NCBI GenBank assembly: GCA_905178155.1
Contig: CAJINV010000014.1
Span: 1,382,574 to 1,442,346, forward strand
Source: Amoebophrya sp. A120
Lineage: Eukaryota; Protista; Dinoflagellata
Length of the DNA stretch: 59,773 nucleotides
Direction of reading: 5' to 3'
Position numbers and translations under genes: made by a program. Positions 1 through 11,200 of this stretch are shown in pieces (the stretch's first letter is position 1; each line of letters starts with the position of its first letter). Below the pieces are notes generated by a model. It had not been told where the DNA came from. It saw only the letters and a list, made by a program, of their open reading frames with translations, and ran no database searches.

Positions 1-409
1 GAGGTTTCGACTTGCCCCGTATTCCACTACGTCTCTGCAATAAAGACAGACAAGAAAGATGCCGCGCCCGGGTGCGAAAGCGAAGAAAAGGGCGGCGGCC
101 AAGGATGCCGGCGAGATATGCAAGGCATGCGTGCCTGGGTCTGTGCGGGTTCCAGCTCTGTCATGCATGGCCTGCCTGGCCCTTGATGTTTGACGCGCAT
201 GACTTTGCATCTTTTGCATTTTCTCCGTTGTTCGTTCGGTGCGGTTTCTTGTAGTCCCCGACTCTATTGCGAGCATTTGCAACCAGACAGGCCCAGGCTG
301 CCTTGCTTTTGATATTCGACTATCAAGCGGGACACGAGATACGGGCCGCCGAAAAAGGGCCCGCGAAGCGGCTAGGGGGACCAAGCAGGGAGCTCGTCTG
401 AAGGTATCC

Positions 410-1131
410 AGCGGCAGCCTCCTCCGCCAGCCTCGGCAGCCGCCGCAACAGCCACCGCAGCAACCACCGCAGCAGCCACCGGAACAGTTTCGAAGAGCGC
501 GCCCCAAGGTATTTGCTTAAATATGTAGCCGCCTGCCCCTCGGTGGGTTGCTTGTTTGTATGAATTCGCTCGCGGTCCGACGCTGTGTTTTGTGCGTGTG
601 CCCATGTAAAGCCTTAAGACAAGAGGCCCTACGTATATGCCTCAGACTATGCTCAGCGTTGACGCAAAAGATCCTACGCATACGCCTCGGACGATGTCAG
701 CAAGCCTTTCCATTTCTCGTTATCAGGTAAGCGAAACGCGCCTCCGTCGGAAATGGAGCAGCCAGACGATGCGGGGCAAATAGGTAGCCAGCGACGGCCG
801 CCTCCGCCAGCCTCGGCACCCGCCGCAGCAGCCACCGCAGCAGCAGCCGAAACAGTCCCGAAGAGCGCGTCCCAAGGTATCTGCTTGAATGTGTAGCCGC
901 CTGCCCGTCGGTGGGTTGGTTGTGTGTTTGAGTTCGTTAGCGGTCCGTCGCTGTGTTTTGTGTGTGTCGATGTAAAATGAGCCTTATAACGAAAGAGCCT
1001 ATGTGTATGCCTTTGACTATCCCAAGCGCCTACGCTAAAGATCCTACGCATACGCGATGCCAAGCTTTTCCCATTTCTCGCTATCAGGTAAGCGCCACGC
1101 GCCTCCGTCGGAAGTGGAGCAGGAAGACGAT
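410..1131 (+). repeat. Tandem duplication of a ~370-bp exon+intron unit
   Basis: ~410-770 and ~788-1131 are clearly similar. Each has an Ala/Pro-rich stretch, then CCCCAAG|GTAT...TATCAG|GTAAGCG (GT-AG at 509-726 and 877-1087). Confidence 0.8.
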
Positions 1132-1133
1132 CC

Positions 1134-2699
1134 GTGGAATACTATTTGCCAGGCGGTTGCAATTATCGCGCGCAAAAGTGTCGGAGTCTGGAGGCGAGGA
1201 AGTTTGTCACGCTAGCTTCGTTAATATGGCGCCTCCGATTGATGTGCATACTACCCAAAAGTCCCGGCGTTCTGATTCTACTGTCGCTCAAATTTACAAG
1301 ATTCCAGACCCGCACACTTTTGCAATCGATAGAAAAAGAAAAAGGGCCGCAGTTGAACACGGGGACGGTCATCTTTTGCACCAAGTGCCAAGGCCAGGGA
1401 GGTTGGTATAACATTCTGGAGCCCGATCTCTCGCCGCCCCTCCTGGACAGCGACTGGCGGCATCCGACCCGGAAGGACACCGAGTGGAGTGGTAAGATCG
1501 GGCGGATGAAGTTCGCCTACCTCCCGAAAGTGGACAGCTTTTACAGGCTCAGCCCCCTCGACGACCGCTACGATGGCTGGAGCGAGCGGTTTCTCAAGGA
1601 GTTGAAAACCAAGCAGGACGCTGATCGCAGGCAGTTCGGCTCGCAGTGCGCCGTGGTTGTCCGGTGCGAGGGCGTGGCGCGGGGGAAAGGGCGGGGGCTG
1701 TGTGGCGACGACTACACCTGGGTGTCGGGTGTTCCCCTGTTCGCGCGCGGCGGCTGGGCAGATGCGGGGGCCCGGGCACATTACTCAACAACCTGGGAGG
1801 CGAAGGCCACGTGGCAAAAGGCCGGACAGGTATACTCGTCGCCGTTTTCGTTTTGTGTTTTATTTCCCCTCCTGCACGGTGTTCCTTGCGATGCAATATG
1901 TCGCGCCGCGTTCATGTCTCTGCCTGGCTTCTATCCTTTGGCCTGCGTTTGTGCTATTCCCATGCTGTGCATTATCCCGACAGGTTCACACGGACTTTCA
2001 GCATGACGAGTTGATGCGCATCCTCGGGCTCCGAAGTCGTCAGCTGCGGCTCCCCTTGGAGAAGCAGTGCTATTTCGCGGGGACGGGTCTCGGGTATTGA
2101 TTTTGTTCGTTTTTTTGTCCTGCATGGAATGGCATAGGCCGGCGGTTGTGGTTCGATTGATAGTCATGTCTCCGATGCTCTGCGGCAGTCGCGCGCACTT
2201 TTTATTTTGCATTCTCGTGCCTGTGAGTTAGTTTTCTCGATGTCATGTGCTATCTATTGCGCCCAGGTTTCGCGGCCACCATAAAACTTTGCGGCTGCAG
2301 AAGGACGGGCACTGCTTTCGCGCCATGTCGGAGGAAGCCAGACTGGAGGAGCGGCTGGTCGGCAAGACGACCGCCTTCGAGAAGGAGCAGGCGTTCAAGG
2401 AGAGGGAGCTGCGGCACATGGTGAGCTCCTGGGGCACTCTCAGCGAATGTGGTGGCGGCATGCCCGAGGAACTGCAGCGAGAGATGAGCAGCCTGAACGA
2501 TGAGCAGTGGAAGCTGGCGAAGGAGATCCGGAAACTGTCGGAGGAGCTCGGACGGCGCAGGTTCCCGGACTATGAGGATGCCGCAAGCGGGGAGGACGGC
2601 AAAAACGACCGAAGTGGCAAAGATGAGGAAGACGAAAACCCGGAGGACTATATAATCAGATGGCTGGAGCTCGAGGAAAAAATAAGAGCACGCGACTGA
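1134..2699 (+). CDS. Hypothetical multi-exon protein (5' end unresolved)
   Basis: Three track ORFs join in frame across GT-AG introns 1830-1983 (KAGQ|VHTD) and 2094-2266 (GLG|FRGH). The last exon is coiled-coil/acidic. No family recognised. Confidence 0.55.
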
Positions 2700-4007
2700 G
2701 GTGGTTTTTGAGTCTTGATAGGATTACATAGCTGGTTACTTGCGTAAGTTGATGGATGGAATACGAGGAGAAAGTGGCGCGGATGTTCACGAATTGAATC
2801 CAAGCACTTGACTGAAGTGGTTTTTGAATCTTGAACGGCGACGAATTTGCGCGCATTGAGCCAGTCGAGAGACGCTGAATCCCTACGCCGGTCGTTTTGT
2901 AGCGTCGCCCCAGCGCGATGAATAAAAGCAAGGGGGCCACGTGAAGCATAGCAATCGCACGCGCGCGATTCTTGACTTTGTTCCAAGCGTAGCAAGTGGG
3001 CCAGGAGTTCGTGAGTTGCTGAGCGCTTTCCACACCAGAAAACGCTACGCACCAACAGAAACGAAGTAGATGGATCAAGCGCTCTGACTGCTTTCGGCCG
3101 AAAAGTAAGCGAATAGATGTCGCGGCAATTTTCTCACCGTAAAAAACTACTGCCAGGCGCTCGCTCTGTTTGAAAATGACGAGAAGGAAGATCCTATGCG
3201 AGGCGAGTAAGTAAGCAACGTAGTGAGATAGTAACGCAAGAAATCAATCCGCTCCGCTCCGAATGGAAACTGTAGCAGCAGGCTTCCCATTACTATTACA
3301 GCTCCGCCGTATTTGAGAGCGATGTGATCAGAAGGACGACGGGACCTACATTAAGATGTATTTGAGAGCGATGTGATCTACATTAATAAGATGTATCCGC
3401 TTATCGCCCTCGCTCATTTGGCTCTTTGTGGGTTGGGTGGCACTTTCGTCGTTCTCGGCCTTTTGCGGTGCGGCCTGCGATTGTGCACGCGGCGGAGCGC
3501 CGTAAGCGCGCGGGCACTGCCAATGGGCCGGCCCGCTCCAGCGTCCCCTTTGCAGCAAAACCGAGCGCCGTTGCGCCTGCGGAGAGGGCCGCCACCGCCT
3601 CCAGCGCCGCCCCTTTTCGGTCGAGGAATTCTCGACGCCCCCGACGACCTTGGCTTCGAGGTTGACGCGTTTCACGCTTTGGCGCGGCCGCGCACGCCAC
3701 CACGCTCGGCGACGCCGTCCCCCTCGTCGCGCGCGTCCTCCCCCCTTTCGCGCGGCTCCAGCACAGTCGACCCCAGCCCGGCTGTTTGACTTGGACGGGC
3801 GGGCCCGTCCTCATGTGTGCTCGGATTGTTGTAGACACACACTCACTGGTCGACGCGTGGCGAGTGAAGTAGCCTCTGGAGTATTTATTGTTCAGGCATG
3901 TGAGGGGAGTTGCATTGGCCGGGCACCTAGCAGCCCCTCGCGCGTAAGCAAGAGAGGAGGGCGAAGAGAGCGGCGCAGCTTTGGCCAGGCACCTTTACGG
4001 GCGAGCG

Positions 4008-5886
4008 TGTAACTGTGTTCGCCACCTTAGCTCTAGTCACAGTTGACAACGCAAAGAGTTCTGCGAGTACGAACAACGAAGATGAGAAAAGAACGATGAA
4101 CGAGAAAGAGTTGTTTGTGAACCGAGATCCGTTGCGTGCGTGCAGCCGCGTTGTTGAACTTGAACGAGTCACGATTTCAACCTTGAACATAGGAAGAAGC
4201 AAGGAAGTAAAGAGCAAGACGATCACAAATAAGAAAATCCCCACTTTCGCAAACAAAAAGATCCGCGCTTCCTACAAGATCATCTACGCATGCCTGTCGA
4301 AGCTACCTCTCTGCTGTCGACAAAGACGCTGTAGTTTTCTCCTCGCAGCGAACATCGGATCAACCAATGCACTCACTTCAAACTACATTCTCTTTCAGAT
4401 CGTCTCCCCAGAGATTTCTGACGAAAAAATACAGCTTCTACGGCACTTTCCAACAGCGACAAAACCAAATCATTGTGCTGCCTGTGTCCAGTAGATAAAG
4501 CATTAGAAATAACAACCAGAGATAAATTTTTCATTCAGAAATACCCTTTTGTTATAGAAATAGCTATCAGATTGCCAATTCAAAGCTTTCTGGCTACATA
4601 TAATTTTACAGTAAACATGTCTGCTTTTATTTCAGGATGCTCGATGGAAATGACGGAAGGGAGTGTGCGACTGATTCCCACCGTGTGGGTTTGCTCAGAT
4701 GAATTTTTTCACTCTGGAGAAGCCACTACTTCCTATCCACTTGCGAGCATGTCGCAGTTCCTAGCCACCCGCGAGGCAGTCACGCGCTGCAAGGTGGAGG
4801 AACAAACGCGACAGCGCGAATATGTAGAGCATATGAAAACCCTACCGAGCAAGAACCAGCCCCGGGTCTGCACGATCGAACACGTAGTGAGAATCGATAT
4901 CGTGCGGATGTCCGAAAACGCTGTGTTCGACGAGGGTTCTTGGTGGGATGTCGAGGATGAAAGTTGGGAGGAAGCCAAAGCAAAGGCGTGCTCCAAATGG
5001 GATTCTACGTATTCTACCGAGCAGTGGCAGGACCAGTACTGGAGTGAAGGCGCCAGCTACTGGGCCACGTACTACCACTGGAACGCTTATGATAAAAGCG
5101 AAGATAGCTCCCCGAAGTACGCTGTAGGCGAAAACTTCAAGGACTAAACATGCTATTTTTTATAACAAACTATAATCAATTATTACTACAAGTCGACTAC
5201 TCATGTATACAGCAAGCACGTCGTGACTGTTGCAATGCAAAACTTCAAATCTTATCTGATTTCTTTGTTGTCAGTTTTCATTTCTATATCTTTATTTCGG
5301 TTGAAGTCCGCTCCTTCATGATGCGTCATTTTGACAAAAATGCATAGAAGTAGCAAGAGAACGTAGAAAGAAAGAAAAAATAAAAATTGTAGTAGAGACC
5401 CAAACGTGGCGACCCTTGTGAGTTGCCCGCCGTAGGGAATCCTGCAGCCAAAAAAATAGCATATTATACATAAAAAAGAAAAAATCATCAAATACAAAAA
5501 AGCATCAACACTCCTTTAGTGTCTCGTAGAGTTCAAAGTACAGCGATAGGTCGCAGAACAAAAGCGCACAGCTGACATTCTCACTCACAACCTCTATTGC
5601 AACTAGTGCATATTTTTTCTCAAAAAGTAGATATATTTTTTTTCTAAAAAATATATACGAGGGGTGGCTGTAACTGTGTTCGCCACCTTAGCTCTAGTCA
5701 CAGTTGACAACACAAAGAGTTCTGCGAGTACGAACGACGAAGATGAGAAAAGAACGATGAACGAGAAAGAGTTGGTTGTGAACCGAGATCCGTTGCGTGC
5801 GTGCAGCCGCGTTGCTGAACTTGAACGAGTCACGATTTCAACCTTGAACATAGGAAGAAGCAAGGAAGTAAAGAGAAAGACGAACA
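4008..5886 (+). mobile_element. LTR-like direct-repeat pair (218 bp, 4008-4225 and 5669-5886) around ~1.4 kb with a small ORF
   Basis: Near-identical repeats begin TGTAAC and similarity ends at ...CA(C). Purine-rich GAGGGGTGGC lies just before the second copy. No TSD, PBS or RT found. Confidence 0.45.
4617..5147 (+). CDS. Hypothetical Trp/acidic-rich protein between the direct repeats
   Basis: ATG-started part of track ORF 4473-5147 with protein-like composition. No recognised domain. Confidence 0.35.
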   Translation: MSAFISGCSMEMTEGSVRLIPTVWVCSDEFFHSGEATTSYPLASMSQFLATREAVTRCKVEEQTRQREYVEHMKTLPSKNQPRVCTIEHVVRIDIVRMSENAVFDEGSWWDVEDESWEEAKAKACSKWDSTYSTEQWQDQYWSEGASYWATYYHWNAYDKSEDSSPKYAVGENFKD

Positions 5887-6917
5887 CTCGAGCAGCGTGC
5901 TCCCTGCTCACGCATTTACGTCGTGAAGCAGATGTGATTTGAGATCCCTCGCTCTCGTAGCTTGTTCCAAGTTTCTCGTTCAAGATAGTTTCAACCCGTT
6001 CCTTCTCTCTTGTGGTGATCGCACAACTCTCCTGACATCAGTCAGTGTGCAGTTGGCCGTAAACCTACAGAACGTGCTAGCCTGGCCCTCTTATTTTCGT
6101 CGCGTGATGGTTGGCGTTGGTATTTCCTTCACAGCTTCCCGCTTTCTTTATTGTAGTAAGTATCGCGCTTCTCCTTTGCAGTTTCCCGTCTTCTTTATCG
6201 TAGTAGAACAACCAGCGAGATTTGTACAAGGCAAGAAAAGACACCGTAGGAACAGATGTCACGGGCGCGGCGGGAAATGCTTATCGCCCGCGAGGCGGCC
6301 CGGCGCCGTCGGAGGGAGGCGATGCTGCGGCGCATCGCCTGCGATTTTAGTGCGGGGGCCTCCCCAGAGGTTTTGCTGGGATGTGTGTTGACCTGTCTCT
6401 CGTACCCGGCCGCGCTACTCGCGCTGAGCGCCTCGGCAGTGCTGCACGTGGTGGCCCTGATCCTTTTCGTCCTGGAAGGCCTGGCGCCGTTGGTGGTAAA
6501 TCTTTCGCGGGCTCCAGCGCCCTCGCAGCTCCAGGGCTGCCCGAGCGGCTTTGTGATTCCGAACTGGGCGACGCAAAGCGGTTGTCTTTGGGAGGCGCTT
6601 CGCGACGCGCTTGACGCGACACCACGCTCACGAGCTGAGTCAGGGCAAGCACGGCGGGACCTACAGCAGAAGTGCTCGCCGTCCTCGTTGAGACACCGGG
6701 CCGGCGGAGTACGCGGGGCGATGGCGACAGCGCCGATGCTCTACCGAGCGGCTGAGGTATGTATGTTCGTGGGGGTTTCTTGTTTCGTGTGTTTTGGTGC
6801 TTGTGGTAGGAGTAGGCTTGTCGGTGGTTTTCTCCCCGGCCCTGCCCGGCGGATTGTGTATTGCCTAACGCGTATTATCTCTGACGACGCACCGAACAGG
6901 ACCTCGGCCGTGTCATC

Positions 6918-8260
6918 TTGGTGCACGATGTGGCCCGCGGGGTGGTTTGGTCCGTCGAGCCAACGCCAGCGGCAGCAGGCCGGGCAGGTGTTGGTCGTGT
7001 TGTGCCGCCCCTCTTTCTTCGGTTAGACCGCCAGCACTACACGGCCTACAGTTCCGCGGGGGCTTTTGCAGTATCCGCGGGCGCGGCTCCTCGCTCTTCC
7101 GCGCTCGACGTCGATTTGTGTGGCGGCGCCGCTGCGGAGAAGTCCTGTGTGGCGGCTGCGGTCGCGGAGGTCAACCGGGTCGGCTTGCAGGGCGGAGACT
7201 GCGTCGCGTCGTCGCAGCCTGTTACGAAAGGGCTCCCGGATGGAGCCAACTTCCGGCCCCCTATTCCAGCTGCAGAGATACACAGCCCACTCAAGTGGCT
7301 ATGTGTTGCCATCGTACGGAACGGGAACTGTTTCTGGATCGGGTTGGTGTATCAACGGGAAGGACCCCCCCCGCCGTATATCAAGAAGGCATAGATAGCC
7401 GAGCCAATTTGTGACGCGTGGTGATTGGTGGCCACAAATCGCGTCCGTCTTGCAATAGTGCAAAGCCTGAGGGCGCGCCGCATTTCGCCGGTGGTTTGTG
7501 ATGCATTTTGGTGGGTGGCATCTGGTTGCAGTTCGCAGGCGGATTTGCGTACGCAAGTCCCGCGCTACAGATTCCCCTTTTGATATAGGGCCGGGGGCCT
7601 TTTCCTGGCGATATGCTCACGCACTTCCTGACCCGAGCGGGATCGCCGGCAGAACGCGAAAAGTGGCTCGCTGTCTTCTGGCCGGTCGCCTACGCCGTCG
7701 CTTCGGAGGCAAAGGGCTACCGGGATTGGTTGCAGTTGGGCCCCCAGGCGGCCGATTGCGAGGCTCTCTATGGCTCCGCCGTCAAGGTATAGCTCGCTGC
7801 TGATCATGTGCCCTTCTATATCAGTCCACCCTTTTCGACGCTCGCATGCATCGCGTGGCGGCTTTCCTTTGTTTCTTCGTTCGGCCGCTTTTTTCTCAAC
7901 ACCGACCAAAAACATTCAAAAAAAGGTTGGGGCGGCCGTTTTGCAAGACCGCGTCGCAGCGAGAATGGGCGTCGCGTTGGAATATGGCAAAGCAGTTATG
8001 GGGATGAAGACGCCCCCTCTCCAGTTTCAAACGCAACCAAGCCCGCGACGCGCGTAGCGTTTGGAGGTGGGGAGGGGGGTTCTTGCGTGTGATACCGCTC
8101 GGCGCCGCGGAGTGGGGAGCCGCGGCGGCGCTTCTCGGGATACGGATCGGCGTCCTTTCCAAATTTCAGCCCGAGGAATTTCACGGCCCCGCATGCTTGT
8201 CGGAAGCTGCGCCAACGGTCCACCTGTTGTACCACAGCGCGCACATGGATCTCGCTTTGG
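6918..8260 (+). CDS. OTU-like cysteine protease domain, probable 5' exons of the polyprotein
   Basis: IVRNGNCFW (~7311-7337) matches the OTU Cys motif DGNCLF. GAAEWGAAAALLGIRIGV...VHLLYHSAHMD (~8101-8250) matches the OTU Gly/Glu and HYD motifs. They are separated by introner 7350-7613, a probable intron ~7787-7947 and introner 7997-8094. Exact junction phases are ambiguous. Confidence 0.55.
7350..7613. mobile_element. Introner-like inverted-repeat element (family C)
   Basis: Left end TATCAACGGGAAGGACCCCCCCCGCCGTATATCAAG versus reverse complement of right end TATCGCCAGGAAAAGGCCCCCGGCCCTATATCAAAAG. Resembles 54703-55027. Flanks are degenerate (TGGTG/TGCTC). Confidence 0.7.
7997..8094. mobile_element. 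Small degenerate introner-like inverted-repeat element
   Basis: TATG...AAGACGCCCCCTCTCCAGTTTCAAACGC versus reverse complement TATC...AAGAACCCCCCTCCCCACCTCCAAACGC. It contains the stop codons that interrupt the frames. Flanking repeat is poorly conserved. Confidence 0.5.
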
Positions 8261-11200
8261 AGCGTATTGAGCTGGACTCGCAGGACTCGCCGCAGCGGGA
8301 AGGGCCGCCCGGGCCTTCTTCGCCTCCAAAGCAGCCGCCTCCTTCTTCGCCTCCTGCGCCGCTGCTGCGGAGCCGAGACGCCCGGCGCCAATTGCCTGCA
8401 GACGGGGACACGACGCTAATCCTTCCCGACAGCGACGACGATGACCCAATGTTCCCCGGCCCGTCGCGTCGCTCCCGCGGACGATTTGGGCCCGCCGGCG
8501 CTGCAGGCGGAGGCCCGGCCGCTGCCGCGGGCCTCGGGCAGCAATACGCGAGCGGACCGCTTATGTTTGGCGGGCTTGGGGCGAGCAGTGGATCGCGGCC
8601 GGGTGTGGTGCCGCGGCGCGCAGACCTTCCAGGCGAGGGGCACCGGGATAGTGGGCGGCCAGATCTGCCGCCATCGCAGCACCAAACTGGCGCGGGCGTG
8701 TTCGGGTTGCCAGCCTCTTCCAGCACAACCGCGGCAGGCGGGACGCAGAATAATAACGGGGCGCCCGCAGCTCTCGGGCCGGCGCGGCAGCAAGTCGCAG
8801 TCGCCCACGCGCCGGGCGTTGCCTTTGTGGATGGCGGCGAGCGGCTATTATTTTCGCCGCCCCCGCGTGCCGCGGCGGACGCAGCCGCCCCTGCGGACGG
8901 GGTGCAGTGGAATAACGTTGACGCCTTCGACCCTGAAGTTGACCCTGAAGCTGATCCTGAAGGCCCACCCGGTGCGGCCGTAGGGGGCCCGGGCTTTTTG
9001 GACCCGTTCACTTTGCCGAAAGGGGCAACAAGGCTCGCCGATTTCTTGGATCCGAACCCTGCCCGGGTGCCGCTCGACCGGCAGCCCGGGTCCGAAGATT
9101 TGCAGCGCCGCCAAATCCTTGAGGAGATTGACCGACGCGCCGGACTGTTGCGCCGGGTTTGTGATGAGCTGGGATTTTTCAACACCATCGACCAAAGGTT
9201 CGCGCGGGCCGCCGCTGTCACGCAGCTCATGGACGAAAAGCTCCGCTGTATTCCATACACGAAATCCGAGCTAGCGAAGGTAGTCGCCTTCAGTGGCCTG
9301 GAGCTTACCTGGCGGGCGTTGGAGCATACCATTCTCTCCCGCCCCAGCAGCGGGCTCGATTGTTGGCAGCCCGAAGTCGAAGGGAACAGCAAGAAAAAAG
9401 TGTGCCAGCATTCCTGCTTCGAGGCTGCGGCAAAGAGCTGCCACACGGTCGCAGCTTATTGCCTTTACTTGCTCGGCGCGGGCGGCGGCGAGAGAAGTGT
9501 CGCGGAGGTGATCGCGCGGCTCATTCTGGAGGCCAATGGCGACTACCCGGCCGCGGTCATACTGGCGCACAAAAAAGTCGTGGAGAGATCCCAAGCAAAG
9601 CGGGAGCGCTACGGGGTGAGCCAGACGCGGGAGTTCACCGAAAAAGCGAGCAAAGGCTGGAATGACCTGGCTGAGGTTACAAAGTACTGGCAGGACGGGT
9701 TCGACAGGCTTGAGGTTGGAGACGTGACCCGGTACGCCGCAGTGCGGGAGAGCAGTCCCGAGGTCGCTTTTTTGGACGGCCGGCTGGTCCCCGGCGAGAG
9801 TAGGGGCTTCTGCTGGGTTCCGGGAAGTTCCCGGGGCATTGACAAGGACTACCGCAACTGCCATACTTACGGCGGTGTGGCGACCCGCCTAGCTCCAGGC
9901 GAGCCGCCGGACGCTGATGCTGCTGCGGCTTGGGCGAAGTTTCTGCGCGAGTGTTTCGGCCCGTCGGACGGAGGGGTCTTGGCAGTGTTCTTCTTATTGG
10001 TCGGGTTGTTGCTCCAAGGGCAGGGGCCCGGCAGATGGGTGATGTGCATGAACGACCACGGATTTGCGAAGAGCACCTGGAGCGATTTCATCTGCTATGC
10101 CGTGTCCAATGGCAAGCAGGAGGACACCTTCCTTCAGCGGGAGTGCCTTGATATCTTCTGCAAATGTGCCTAGGGGGTAGGAAAATTGGAAAAATGTACA
10201 TGCCAACTTCCCCACCAACTTCCCCGCCAGCTTCTTCGCCAGCTTCTACAACAGCTTCTGCCGTAGCAAAAATGATTTAACTCGAAAAGAAAAGCATGAG
10301 TTTGCGTGAAGGACCGAGCAGATCGAAAATTTTCAGAAAGCTCGACACCTGTCGAGCTTTTTCAAAATTTTCAATCTCGCGCTTTTTGCATAACAAGTTT
10401 CCGCGTTTGATTATAAATGCTTCGAGCTTCTGAAGCAAATATCCTACCCCCTAGGCACATTTGCACAGGATACTTGAAGGCCCGGAGCAATTCGAGGCCG
10501 GGGCCTGGCATGTGGTTGATTCCAAAGTAACAAGAACGCCCGAAGTCCGTGGCAAGCTAGACAACTATCCCACAGAAAAAGACCGACAGGTCATATTTGT
10601 AATGCAAAAATAAATACACAGGAAAATCTGTCATGGGCGAGGCCATAACATCCTGTTTAGGGCATGCAATACAGATTTTTTTGTCTATTTATTTTTGCAT
10701 TACAAATATGACCTGTCGGTCTTTTTCTGGGGGATAGCAACGGGCTGGTGAAGAATCTCCCCGACAAGCATTACGCAGCCTCAACGCGGCGGAAGTATTG
10801 CAACTCCCTCATGGTCTTTTTTGGTTTGTTTCTCCACCTCCTCGAGTTCAATCCGAAGAACGGCGAGGCTTTGCAATTGAAAGACCTCCAGGACGACATT
10901 GATGCAGTCCTGTCGCGGATCCTGGTCCTCCAGAAGATCCTGGGGCGGTTCGTCGATGCAGACCTGTGGGCTCGGCTTGGTGGTGACCCTACCCTTTTTC
11001 CGGACAATCTGCCGGATGGGTTCACCGCCAAGAAGGAGGGCACCACCTTCACCCTGCGCACCCCGGAGATCGTTCGTTGCTTCTACTTGTCGGCGGTTTC
11101 GTTTGTCAACCCCTTCGTGGACCGCCTGCGCGCCGATGGCGAGACCTTGGCCGGCATCTTCGTCGACTTGCGGAAGCTTGACAGCAAGGTGCTGGCGTAC

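Noticed and set aside
3309-3378. 21-bp direct repeat GTATTTGAGAGCGATGTGATC (similar short duplication at ~33464-33518)
   Set aside because: Isolated small duplication with no associated structure.
8181-9446. 421-aa minus-strand ORF and the many other overlapping ORFs in 8-14 kb
   Set aside because: Antisense or alternate-frame shadows of GC-rich coding sequence with no recognisable motifs.
10748-10830. AASTRRKYCNSLMVFF resembles a tyrosine-recombinase core-binding helix
   Set aside because: Too short, and no convincing R..HxxR..Y catalytic set was identified downstream.
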